The notes below the pieces were generated by a model. That model did no database searches. It was given only the letters and a program-made list of their open reading frames with translations, and was not told the origin of the DNA. A stretch of DNA of 64,000 nt. Origin: an uncultured virus (IMG/VR IMGVR_UViG_3300007344_000002). Its lineage: Duplodnaviria > Heunggongvirae > Uroviricota > Caudoviricetes. Location: the IMG/VR virus record IMGVR_UViG_3300007344_000002. The stretch is one strand, 5' to 3'. Shown here piece after piece: positions 38,402-48,685 of the stretch (the first letter of the stretch is position 1; the number at the start of each line of letters is the position of its first letter). The position numbers and the translations under genes are program-made.

Positions 38402-39576
38402 ATGCTAACAGAAAAGCAATTTATAGAATTAATGATGGAACTAAAAGAACAGACTAGGGAGATTATGCAGATTAACAAGCGTTTGATTCATATTCATATT
38501 CTATTAGCGAGGGAGGGAGGAGAATGACTACACTAAGAGAATTTGCAGACGAACTAAAATATCTAGGAAGACTAAACAAATTTTCCTTCAAGATGCTTTT
38601 ATTCCCCGACGCTACAGAAGATTATCTTGACGCTAAGTGGAAGCACTTTCAAGATAGTCCACTCTATTTTCTTTGGACTTGTTCTAGCGATAAGTTGGAA
38701 TTAATCACAGGTTGGTTTTTGGCTAACGGCTATACAGACATTTTCACTATGGAGGAAGATGAATGAGAAAGATAACAGAAGTAAGCACTAGAGCCTTTTT
38801 TACAGACCGCACTATGAAGATAGGAAACACAGAAGTTAGACAAGTTCCTTCGGGACATTTGGTGATAACTGAACTAGTACTTCACGGAAACCGAATCGCT
38901 TGGAAGCCTACAGGATGCACTAACAACATTATGATTAGTGCAGGTGGTTGGACTAGCCACACAACAAAGGAACGCCTTAATGGTGTTCTTTGGCGTTCCA
39001 ATACTAGCGTTAGGTTAGTGCAAAAGAATTGGCTATGGTATTTAGTGAACAACGATACCTTTCAACAGTGGGATGGTACTCCCATTCATTTGAATGATTT
39101 TAGTGCCAGCATATGAGGGAGAAGAATGAGATTTAGTGCTGAATGTATTTGTGGTTACCAAACACCACTTGTTGAATGGCAAGAAGACATTGATTGGGAT
39201 TTACTTTATGCCCATCAAGAGTTTTGTACCGTAATGGAGGAAGAAGAATGAACGAAGAAGAAATGATTGAAGAAGCAACACAACGAGCCTTACTGAATCC
39301 AATATCGAATGTCCTTGAGTTCGATGTGGACCTTTACCTTGGCATCATTAGAGGTGAACAAGAATGACTAAAATTTGCGTTGAACATAACGGTGAATTTG
39401 ACGATAACGACGGCAAGGACATTTGTAAGACTTGCGAAGATTGGTTGAGTGTGCCGGAGAAGTGTGCTATCTGCGAACTTGATGATTATCACGATTCGGA
39501 GCAATACATTTGCGATGATTGCCACAACGAACTTGAGGCACTAAAGGCAGACCAATTGGCTTCAGCATGGGACTGA
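38402..39576 (+). CDS. Operon of small early ORFs (38402-38527, 38524-38766, 38763-39116, short ORFs, 39364-39576)
   Basis: ATGA-coupled ORFs. 38763 has the GW.S.TTKERLN motif seen in phage proteins, and 39364 is Cys-rich. Confidence 0.55.
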
Positions 39577-39657
39577 GCCGGAAACAACTCCACATAGAGG
39601 AGTATTAAGAAAGATAGAGGGGGGCTTAACGGCCCCTCTCTTCCTTTGCGGGGTAGT

Positions 39658-39711
39658 CAAAGCATACCATATGGTTGTATAACACTATTTTTACACAACC
39701 ATATGGCTTTG
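39658..39711. promoter_or_regulatory. Double palindrome box (copies F and G) closing the array
   Basis: CCATATGGTTGT...ACAACCATATGG inverted pair, with no following TATA or gene. Confidence 0.6.
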
Positions 39712-39719
39712 TTTCAAAT

Positions 39720-40130
39720 TTTTTTTATTATTTTAACAGTAATAGTGCTGTTTTTCCACTATTACTATTAGAATTCCTGTTAAATAGAGTACTATTCGGC
39801 GCACTACTAACAGGCTTGCAGTACTGCGTTTTTAGTAGTTGGCACATTACTAAATATGCAAAGTTTAGCGCATTAAACGGTAGCGAAATTACTATTAGTA
39901 CGATACTCTTAGCCATGAATAGGCAGAAGGGGGGCGAAAACTACCAAGACACTATAGTATTGTGCTAAGGCTTACCTAATTAGTACAGTACTGCGGGGCT
40001 ATTACTAATGTCCCAAATAGCATTTACAAAAATAGTATTATTCTTATTCTGGGAATACATTTACTATTAAAATAAAATTTTGCGTAGTCCCGAACAAATT
40101 CCGCCAAAAATTTTGAGAAATTTTTTTTTG
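39720..40130. repeat. AT-rich tract with many TAGTA/TACTA/ATTACTA words
   Basis: More than ten short iterations in both orientations, and no credible ORF. Confidence 0.45.
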
Positions 40131-40141
40131 GAGAAATTGGC

Positions 40142-42014
40142 ATGACTTGGAAAGATGAATTAAGAAAGATACTTGGCGAAGACCCCGAAGACATGACGAG
40201 TTTTATGAATGTCAGTCCTCGGATGAAGAGAGAGGCTGAAGAGAGAAGGGGTTCTAAAGATAGTTTAGAGATGGCTATGAAAGTAGATAAAAAGAACATT
40301 GAAGGTTTCATTAAGGCAGTATCGGATTATGCCTACTATGGTAGAGAGTTAGAAAATTCTCTAAAGGAAATGCCCGAACTGGGTCGTAAGTTATTAAAAA
40401 TAAGCGAAGATGCTTTGGATGAGTTGTATGACTTGGGCGAAGAATGGCGTGAAGCAGAAGAACAATTACGGTGATTATTGATGAACAGCAAAGATTTTAG
40501 AAATATCCGTGAAGCAAAGAAACTCTTGAAAGAGGCTGAAATAAAGAAAGGTCTAATGACGATGGGACCAATGGATTTTATCACGGCAACACTATTCCAT
40601 GAATACGACATTACACAAGATGTAATTGAGATGGCAGTAGAAAAAATTCAAGCATTTAACGCCAGTGAAGAACAACTACAAAGCGCAATGGAACTCGCCG
40701 GTAAGAAAAGGATTGGGCCTTTGTATGCTTTGCGTTTAATTATGAGTGAAGCAGAACCTGTTTAAAATTAGGTGATTACTATGGAAGCAGAAGTAAAGAG
40801 AGTACTGTCCCTCCTAAGAGAAATGGAGAAGACTATGAATTCTGTCAATACTTCCAAACTATCACAAGAAGAAAAGGAAATTGTAGATAGGGAAATTTCC
40901 CTATTCAAGAACGCCCTACAAATGATGGGCGGCTCTTTGAAAGTTATTGCTAGGCAGGTTAATATGCCAAACAGCGAATCGTTTTATGCGGAGGTTTGAT
41001 TATGTCTTGGAGAACTATCCTCAAGAGAGATAAGAATTGGACACCTCATAAGAGGGAAGCACCAAGGCCAATGTCACGGCCAGCAGTAGATACTAGAACT
41101 GCTGAACAAAGAACAAGTCAGCGCAGTCAAGAAACAGGTGGAGAAAAAGGTAAGGCAGACCGAAAAAGAACGAGGGAAAATAAAGAGGCAGTACTCAAAG
41201 AACTTAAGGCTCTAGAATCTCTTGTTGGAGAAGCACAGTTTCGAGAACAGCAAAAACAAGATGCTGAAGATATAAAGGAACAATATCCCGAAGCCGCTCA
41301 AGAGATGATGGAAAATTACGAAGGAGTGACAGAAGAGATGAAAAATGAAATGTCCTCTATTATTTTGAGAATTGATAAATATTTAAACAAGGTGAATTAT
41401 GTTCCGGCTCTTAGAGAACTTGATAGGGAAATATATTCCATAAGTACGGCAGGGTACTATGTCGATACTCAACTTTCTAAAAGAAACCGAGATAAGTTTC
41501 CTATGCTAAGAAAATCTATTTTGAAATTCTTCGGACCTAGAGCATTCCTAGAACACTTCCAAGAAAAACTAGGAGGAGAGATTTATTCTAGCCATACATC
41601 TAGTCGGGCAAAGGGTAATCCCGAATTAAAATTAGACTATGGTAAGGATTTCTTGAAAGTTAAATCGCATGGTGGACAATATCATATCAGCAAAAGAAAT
41701 GCTGTCATTGCATCTAGCCCATCATTAAAAGAATTGGTTCCCATCATTGAAAGAAATTTGAGGTTGTAGTTATGTCTTGGAAAGACACTCTAACACATGA
41801 GGGCATTCGCACTAGCATAGTGAAAGCCGTCGCTGACACTTTAGAGAATGTAGATGAAATTGCTTTGGGAGGAATTAAGTCTTCATTGGCACAAAGAGGA
41901 ATTGGTAGATTCAAAGACGCTACTTTAAGGAAATTCTTGAACAATGCCGATTGGATTAACAAAAGACAACCCTATCTATCTCCTACCTATTACTATTCAT
42001 TAAAGAGGGATTGA
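40142..42014 (+). CDS. Five small head-arm ORFs (40142-40474, 40478-40765, 40772-40999, 41002-41769, 41772-42014)
   Basis: Three start with the MxWxxxL tag. Confidence 0.6.
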
Positions 42015-42015
42015 A

Positions 42016-42474
42016 ATGTGGCAAGATATTCTCAAGGAAGTCAAGGTTCTAACTGAATCTGCGGTTTCGGAGAATATGCCAAATTTTAGAACTGCTAGTG
42101 ATAAAGGCTATCCAACTAAGGTAAGCCCACTAAACCTCGTTAGTGAAGTAAATGATGAGGGTGAAGTTTTGGGCTTTACTTCCTATAAGGACATGGGAGC
42201 ATTCTTTTTCGTAGGAAACTCCTATGTTAGCCCCAACCACACAGGACAGGGAATTTATGGAAAGTTATTACAAGAGAGGAATAAGCATACTAGAGGTAAG
42301 CCTAGAATTACATTATTGAATCCTCTAGATGAAGAGTCTAGGAAAAAGGTAGAAAGGGTGGCGGCTAGGCTAGGGGATAAGGTGACTTCTTATTCTCAAG
42401 TACAGGATATAATGAACAAGCCTATGTATGCTGAACTTAGTAAATTGCCGATGTTTAGGTATCCGGTGATTTGA
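42016..42474 (+). CDS. GNAT acetyltransferase with MWQDILK tag
   Basis: Acetyl-CoA motif A YVSPNHTGQGIYGKLL. Confidence 0.7.
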   Translation: MWQDILKEVKVLTESAVSENMPNFRTASDKGYPTKVSPLNLVSEVNDEGEVLGFTSYKDMGAFFFVGNSYVSPNHTGQGIYGKLLQERNKHTRGKPRITLLNPLDEESRKKVERVAARLGDKVTSYSQVQDIMNKPMYAELSKLPMFRYPVI

Positions 42475-42475
42475 A

Positions 42476-42742
42476 ATGAGTTGGAAAGATACACTAAAGG
42501 CATATGACCCCGATAAGATGGATGCCAAGAGAGAAAAAATTCAAAGGCGTAATGAGTACCTAAAAAGGGAAGAAAAGCGTCGGGAAGAATTTCGTCGAGA
42601 TATGGGTGCAAAGATAGCAAGAAGAGAAGCAGATGCTAACTTAATTCGTGATTTAGAAACTGATAAAACACCTACCAAAAGAAGAAAGAAACCAAAGAAA
42701 GGAAGACTACCTCCTAAGCCACAAAGAGGTCGAAAGAAATGA
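42476..42742 (+). CDS. Basic tagged protein
   Basis: MSWKDTLK start; K/R-rich. Confidence 0.6.
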   Translation: MSWKDTLKAYDPDKMDAKREKIQRRNEYLKREEKRREEFRRDMGAKIARREADANLIRDLETDKTPTKRRKKPKKGRLPPKPQRGRKK

Positions 42743-43485
42743 GTTGGCAAGATATATTAAAAATAAAACTGAGTCGTAGAGATGCTACAACATATGGCGT
42801 GTGGGTTCCTAATAGTCTCGAAGACCCTGCTATGAAAAAGGCTTGGGAAATTTTAAAGAGACCGAATGATTTCCAAAGGTTTCTTGTAGAGGTATTTGGT
42901 ATTCCAATAGCAGATTCTAAAAAATTATCCCCTTCCAGAAGTTTAACTAATGCTCTTAATAACAAATTAACAGAAGCGATTACTGAAAATCAATTTAAAG
43001 CACTTATAGATTTAGCAGAATCAAAACAATATGAAGCATTTATAACAAAATTGGAGCAAATAAATTCAGAATATCTGGAACAAACTAATAAAAGAACATA
43101 TGAAAGAAGAAAAGAAAGATATGCTAATGACCCCGAATATAGGAAAAGAATATTACAGTATAACAGGGAAGCATTGAAAAGGAAATATGCTAATGACCCC
43201 GAATATAGAGAAAACCGGCAAAGGCTGGAAAGGGAAAGAAAAAGAGAAAACCGGAATGACCCCGAATATAGAGAAAGGAAAAATCAGCGAAGCAGAGAAA
43301 GGTATGCTGAAAGAAAAAAAGGGCCAGTTAGAGAATATAGGCGTAAAAAGGAAGAGAATTCTAAGGAAGATGTTAATAGTGAAAACCTTGAGAGAATGGC
43401 AGGGGCCGTGACTACTACTGCTCCAGCACATGCTAAATTATTCAAACCTACTTATGGCAGAAGAAAGAAAAGGAAGGATGAGTAA
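42739..43485 (+). CDS. Tagged protein with three NDPEYR repeats
   Basis: MSWQDILK start; AATGACCCCGAATATAG occurs three times. Confidence 0.65.
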   Translation: MSWQDILKIKLSRRDATTYGVWVPNSLEDPAMKKAWEILKRPNDFQRFLVEVFGIPIADSKKLSPSRSLTNALNNKLTEAITENQFKALIDLAESKQYEAFITKLEQINSEYLEQTNKRTYERRKERYANDPEYRKRILQYNREALKRKYANDPEYRENRQRLERERKRENRNDPEYRERKNQRSRERYAERKKGPVREYRRKKEENSKEDVNSENLERMAGAVTTTAPAHAKLFKPTYGRRKKRKDE

Positions 43486-44459
43486 TGCCTAAAGATGTGA
43501 ATAAGAATACTGCCAGCATCGGTGACGCTGTTATCGAAACCGTTGGTGGAGTTATCAAATTCAAGAAAGATTTTGAGGATTGGGAGAAAAAATGCAGAGG
43601 TGCAAACTCCGGCATGAAGAAAGGTTCTTTACTGTACGCAGTTGAAAACCATGTCACTAGTCCTAGAAAGGGTTCTCCTAATGATGGAAATTCCGGCGCA
43701 CATACCATGCTTAGAAGAATTAGGAAGATGTTAGTTGACAGGGCTAACGGAATTTTCTTTGAAGAGGATGCTGAAACTCTAGAAGCAATTGTTAATGACC
43801 TCGAAGGGCTAAAAGACGATGCTAGTTTGAATCCTCAAAATATCGTATTCTCAATTCCTAAGAAGTATAACCGACAGACAGGGGCTTACGCTAGAGGTGT
43901 AGAAATGGAGAAAGTCTATGGACACTACCTTTCTACATTCTACGCTAAGAAACACGGTACTGCCGATAGACAAAAAGATGGGTGGGTTAGTGATAAAGTA
44001 AATACCGCTACTCCGCCAATTTACCAAGCCCTTTATGGAGGAGATTTAGTTCCTGTTGGATTGGTTGATGTTTTGAATAAAGCAATTGAAGATATTGACG
44101 ACCAAAACTACATCGCTACGATTACAACTTCTAAACCTGCCGCAACTCTCCAAACCATTCCCGATTTTAAAAAGAGATTGGGTCGTGCTATTTCTACTTC
44201 AAGAACAGAAGAAGGAGTAAGTACAGGGAGAGTTATGAGGCTACTGTCCGGTAAATCATTCAAGGTTCCACCTACAGGTAAGGCACAAAAGATGCTATCT
44301 AGATACATGAAAGTTCCCGACTTGGGAGGAACTATTACTGAATTCACAATCGAGTTGACTCCGGCTAAGACTCGTAAATTGATTAAAGATTACATGAAGT
44401 CGAACATGAGAGTAAAGGTTAGTCCAGTTATTAAAAGTTGGAAGGAAGTGTTGCTATGA
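43485..44459 (+). CDS. Hypothetical head-arm protein (tag-like SWKEVLL at the C-terminus)
   Basis: 324-aa ORF. Confidence 0.65.
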   Translation: MPKDVNKNTASIGDAVIETVGGVIKFKKDFEDWEKKCRGANSGMKKGSLLYAVENHVTSPRKGSPNDGNSGAHTMLRRIRKMLVDRANGIFFEEDAETLEAIVNDLEGLKDDASLNPQNIVFSIPKKYNRQTGAYARGVEMEKVYGHYLSTFYAKKHGTADRQKDGWVSDKVNTATPPIYQALYGGDLVPVGLVDVLNKAIEDIDDQNYIATITTSKPAATLQTIPDFKKRLGRAISTSRTEEGVSTGRVMRLLSGKSFKVPPTGKAQKMLSRYMKVPDLGGTITEFTIELTPAKTRKLIKDYMKSNMRVKVSPVIKSWKEVLL

Positions 44460-45223
44460 GTTGGAAACATATATTGAAAAGAGTTGATTATAACGATTTA
44501 GATGATAAATCTAAACAGGAAATAAAATATTCCTTGATAGGAAGAGATTATCTTGAACCTACCCTAAATGACTTTTTTGGGGATTTCCCTATTTATGATG
44601 AATCAGCCACTAGTTCGATAAAAGAATTGGATATGGGGTTCCCCGACTATTTTGAATTATTTGCCATTGGAAGTATGCAACTAGATGAAATGTTTTTAAT
44701 TACAAATGTTGATGTTTTTATTAGAAATAAAAGGAATAAAAAAGAAAGTTATTATTTTGGAGGTTTTAGAGGAGATGAGTCTGTGAAAGATGTACTCGAA
44801 ATAACAGGGGATTTAGATATTCAAACAATAGAAGAACAAATGTTAGTGCCCGATTTTGAGCATGAAAAAATAAGTAGAATGTTTGAGGGAGCCGACTATA
44901 ATAAACTAGTTGGCTATCTAAAAGAAACTAACAAATGGGAAGAGATTAGCCACATCGAAGATAAAATGATGAAACTTCCCAAAGTCAGTCACAGTAAAGA
45001 AGTTGATAACTGGCTAGAAGATGCAGAAGATTATGCTAGTCAAAATTTTGAACAGTCTTATTCTAGAGATGATGAATCGTCTATAGGAACGGCTCAAGAG
45101 TTTTACAAACTTCTAGAATACTTGAGAACAAATAAGGAAACTTCATGGAATGAAGGTGATTTGAAAAGAAAATTCCCTACTGCTATGTTGATTGTTTCGG
45201 AAACTTTAGGTGGACTACCATAA
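44456..45223 (+). CDS. Tagged acidic protein, paralog of 55848-56378
   Basis: MSWKHILK; shares DYNDLDDKSKQEI and ADYNKLVxYLKETxKWEEIS. Confidence 0.65.
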   Translation: MSWKHILKRVDYNDLDDKSKQEIKYSLIGRDYLEPTLNDFFGDFPIYDESATSSIKELDMGFPDYFELFAIGSMQLDEMFLITNVDVFIRNKRNKKESYYFGGFRGDESVKDVLEITGDLDIQTIEEQMLVPDFEHEKISRMFEGADYNKLVGYLKETNKWEEISHIEDKMMKLPKVSHSKEVDNWLEDAEDYASQNFEQSYSRDDESSIGTAQEFYKLLEYLRTNKETSWNEGDLKRKFPTAMLIVSETLGGLP

Positions 45224-45233
45224 GGTGATTATT

Positions 45234-45614
45234 ATGAATTGGAAAAAAATATTAAAGAACGATTTAGAAAGCGATTTAAAAGAAGATTTACTAGAGATGA
45301 TTGCCACCGAATTAGAAAGATTCGGTGAAGATAAAATGCGAGAAGATTATGAAGATGGTTATTTTGAATCTGGAGTAGTTGAAACCATAATTGATTTTCA
45401 AGACATGTATGAAGGCGAGGAAGATTTAACAGAAGAAGAAATTTTTGAGATGGATGAAGGGTACTATACTATAGAATTCAAAGACGATGCTGGAGATTTT
45501 GCCTTAGCAGAATACACATACAATGATGGGTATAAAGTTGTTGAAAATGATTTAGACAAAAAACATAGCCTTGAAATGTTGAGAAGAATACAGAAAGGAC
45601 TAAAATATCTTTGA
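45234..45614 (+). CDS. Tagged, very acidic protein
   Basis: MNWKKILK start; D/E-rich. Confidence 0.6.
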   Translation: MNWKKILKNDLESDLKEDLLEMIATELERFGEDKMREDYEDGYFESGVVETIIDFQDMYEGEEDLTEEEIFEMDEGYYTIEFKDDAGDFALAEYTYNDGYKVVENDLDKKHSLEMLRRIQKGLKYL

Positions 45615-45623
45615 GGAATTATT

Positions 45624-46277
45624 ATGAGAAGAAAGAGTTGTGCCTTTTGTCAACACAGTGATGTTGATTCTATGGAGGCCGATTTAGAATCTCTTACTAT
45701 TACTCCCGATGAATTAGATGAAAAGATGAACTGGAGAAGCGGTACTTCCGCACAGCATCAAAGGAATCACATGGGAGAATATGTGCAAAGTAGTAATCCA
45801 AAGTGTGCCATTTGTGTAGACCCAATGAGGTCGGAATACGAGAGACAATTACATGAGGGTCTTATCACAGCCGAGGAGGTCAGTGTAGGGCTTGGAATTT
45901 CTAAGGCTCAAGTCCATCGCCATGTTAAGCACCATTTACAGCCCGTTGTTCAAAAGTCTGCGGCGGCTATTATTGCCAAGAAGGATTTGAATGAGGTGGA
46001 TATGCTATCAAATAACATTCAATTGCTCGATGATAAAATCACCGAGATAGCATCTAGAGATGATTTAGATGCTAAGGAATTAGACGCTCTAGTGAAGTTG
46101 GCTAGAGAAGTTCGTGAGTCTTTGAAATACATGATGGAGTTCAAAGGAAAACTTGTCCACAAGCGACAAGATACAATTATTGTTGCACAGATGCAAGTTG
46201 TTCAAGAAGTGCTAGCACAGAACAATCCTGAGATTTGGCTTGATATTAAACAGAAGATGCAGGAGAGATTACAATGA
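45624..46277 (+). CDS. Putative terminase small subunit (tandem Zn-HTH plus coiled coil)
   Basis: CAFCQH...HQRNH and CAIC...HVKHH repeats, then a helical oligomerisation region. Upstream of TerL. Confidence 0.45.
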   Translation: MRRKSCAFCQHSDVDSMEADLESLTITPDELDEKMNWRSGTSAQHQRNHMGEYVQSSNPKCAICVDPMRSEYERQLHEGLITAEEVSVGLGISKAQVHRHVKHHLQPVVQKSAAAIIAKKDLNEVDMLSNNIQLLDDKITEIASRDDLDAKELDALVKLAREVRESLKYMMEFKGKLVHKRQDTIIVAQMQVVQEVLAQNNPEIWLDIKQKMQERLQ

Positions 46278-46591
46278 GTTGGAAAACCATATTGAAAAGT
46301 GCTTGGTATGTTAGGGACGGGGATGCTCCTTTGCACGCCCATGTTCATGAACTACTTTTCTTTATGACTTACAATGAAGACCCTAAATTAAAACAAGCAG
46401 GTGAGGCTCTATTGAATAAATTTGATGAATACTACGAAAGGGTGGAGGATAAGGATAAGTTAAGTGACCTTTACTCTCCTGAATTTTTTAGTTTTCAAAA
46501 CAATTTGAAGAAACTCGCAAAGGCTGTGACTTCAAAGATGGGATTAAGAGAACAGTATTTACATTTGATTGAAACAAAGAGATTGATGTAG
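46274..46591 (+). CDS. Tagged hypothetical protein
   Basis: MSWKTILK start. Confidence 0.6.
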   Translation: MSWKTILKSAWYVRDGDAPLHAHVHELLFFMTYNEDPKLKQAGEALLNKFDEYYERVEDKDKLSDLYSPEFFSFQNNLKKLAKAVTSKMGLREQYLHLIETKRLM

Positions 46592-46602
46592 GAGAAATTA
46601 CA

Positions 46603-46764
46603 ATGAGTTGGAAAAGTGTTCTCAAAAGACAAACCAAACTCCCCAAAAAACTTACAGAAGGTGCCACCGTATCTACAATTCCAGCAGAAGAATGGGGAAA
46701 TGAACCCAAGAAAACTCCGCCGCCGAAGGAAGATACTTCAACAAGGCAGACAAAGTTAGATTGA
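46603..46764 (+). CDS. Tagged micro-protein (53 aa, not in the ORF track)
   Basis: MSWKSVLKRQTKLPKK...RQTKLD; GGAG RBS. Confidence 0.6.
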   Translation: MSWKSVLKRQTKLPKKLTEGATVSTIPAEEWGNEPKKTPPPKEDTSTRQTKLD

Positions 46765-46813
46765 CAGTTCATTTATTATAGAGTGGACTATTGCCTTTAT
46801 TCGGGGAAACGAT

Positions 46814-48685
46814 ATGACAATAAGGAAAGCACCTAGAAGCGAAAACATCTCCGGTGTTCCTTATACTCCTCGTACACTATTTAGAACCTTAGCAAGAGAA
46901 GGTGGAGAGGAGCCTTTGATTGCTCATCTACAACAAAAGGGACAAAGAGGCCCTAGTGGAGATGCTGGTAAAATAATGGATGCTTTGAAAACCATTACAA
47001 TTAGTGGTGGGGTTCGTTCATCTGTTAGTGATGCTCTCAAAAATCAAGAAGAATTTACTAGCGTCATTGAACCCCTCGCTGAAAAACTAGGAATGAAGCC
47101 TACCAAACTAAGGAGAATTTTGACTCCAAAAATAGCCATGCTATTTCAAGCACAACCGAAGGCTGAAAGCAATGCTGAGTTCTTCAAAAGAATTACCAAT
47201 GAGGGTCTTAATGAAGAAGACATAGACAAGTTAATGACTTATGTTTTGAATGATGATGCCCAAAACCTATCAAGAGAACTAGGCAAGGCAAAAATAGACA
47301 AGTATGCTTTGTTTGATTCTGTCGAAGACTACTACGGGAATCCTAGTAGACATAAACCACAGAGCGATGAAGAGTTTCAATCCTCGGCTCAAGTTAGTTG
47401 GGGGAGATATACAGCATCTTACGGCACTGGCCAAGAAACTCCCGAAGGTAGGCCAACAGGCTCAGGTAAGAAAACCGGATTTATTTTACTAGAAGAGATA
47501 GACGACGATGATAGTGTCAAGGAAAGAGAGGCTCAAGTTAGAGAGGCTATAGAAGAGGAAGAAGACTTGACACAATTCGACAGAGTAGTTTATGAGTTTG
47601 AATATCCTCCCTTCTATGAAAAACTATTTGGAAAGAGTGATTTGAAGATAGTTATAGAGGGTAGTGATTTGCGACCTAAAGATACATTAGAGGCTAATGA
47701 TGTAGCCGCATACCTAAATGCAATAGGTAGGATGAAAAAGAAATCCTTACTTTTGCCAAAATTAGGACCGCACAATGTTGCTTCTTCATTTTTTAGCAAA
47801 GCCACTGTTAATCCTGTTTTGTTAAAACTTTTAATGACAGGTGGAGATGAAGTCCTTGAATCTACTCTTGCCTCTGTTAGAGAAGAATCATACATATCCA
47901 ATGAAGACATTGAAGAAGCCTTTGGTGGAGATAGGGGCGATTTTTTCTATCTAAGAAGGGATATGTGGGGAGTTATCGAGCCTTTATTAGAAGGGAAATC
48001 ACCCAAATGGTTGAAAAAACTAGAAGAAATTGATAGAGAAGAGTTGGAAGATGAAATCAAAGAGTTGCCTTCTGATTATGCAAACGAAATTACCACTGAA
48101 TCCGGAATTACTAAAATGCCTAAAAATGAATTCACGGATAAAATCGAAGAACTAATGTCAACTATTGAATCTTTAACAGGGATACCTTCTTCAATTCCAA
48201 TCAAAAATCCCGAAGTTTCCTTTGCTCTAGACGACCCAACAGATAGGCAAATCTTTTCTTTATTCGCTGATAAAATTGATAGAGCCAAGGAGGGCGAAAC
48301 GAGAGGAGTCTTTGAATTCGATGAATATGCTATGGATATGGCATACAAAGCCCGACTACAGCCTATCGAAGGTTTGAGCGTCTTAACCAATTTCAGTTAT
48401 CTACTAGATGATACTATGGAATCTATCACTGTTGACTTGGATAAGACAATAGATGAATACCTAACAAACGCAGACAAACAATTACTAACAAAAATAGAAT
48501 CCGATATTGGAAAATTCAAAAACAGTTTGTCTAGTTCTTTAGATGGAGTTCTTTCTGTTATGATAGAAGGAGTTCGAGATAAATTACAAGACATTGCTAC
48601 GAGGCGTAGGTTCTATGTTAATGAAGTTGGAGAAGAACTTTACGAGGCATTGCAGAATAACGATTTACTGGAGGGAGTTGAATGA
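46814..48685 (+). CDS. Large hypothetical protein (623 aa), possible internal virion protein
   Basis: Long helical, acidic ORF in the head arm. Confidence 0.6.
   Translation: MTIRKAPRSENISGVPYTPRTLFRTLAREGGEEPLIAHLQQKGQRGPSGDAGKIMDALKTITISGGVRSSVSDALKNQEEFTSVIEPLAEKLGMKPTKLRRILTPKIAMLFQAQPKAESNAEFFKRITNEGLNEEDIDKLMTYVLNDDAQNLSRELGKAKIDKYALFDSVEDYYGNPSRHKPQSDEEFQSSAQVSWGRYTASYGTGQETPEGRPTGSGKKTGFILLEEIDDDDSVKEREAQVREAIEEEEDLTQFDRVVYEFEYPPFYEKLFGKSDLKIVIEGSDLRPKDTLEANDVAAYLNAIGRMKKKSLLLPKLGPHNVASSFFSKATVNPVLLKLLMTGGDEVLESTLASVREESYISNEDIEEAFGGDRGDFFYLRRDMWGVIEPLLEGKSPKWLKKLEEIDREELEDEIKELPSDYANEITTESGITKMPKNEFTDKIEELMSTIESLTGIPSSIPIKNPEVSFALDDPTDRQIFSLFADKIDRAKEGETRGVFEFDEYAMDMAYKARLQPIEGLSVLTNFSYLLDDTMESITVDLDKTIDEYLTNADKQLLTKIESDIGKFKNSLSSSLDGVLSVMIEGVRDKLQDIATRRRFYVNEVGEELYEALQNNDLLEGVE

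Noticed and set aside
36661..39711. ACCATATGGT repeats as a CRISPR or mini-CRISPR array
   Set aside because: Copies are about 500-1300 bp apart, separated by genes, and only partly identical. There is no repeat-spacer periodicity.
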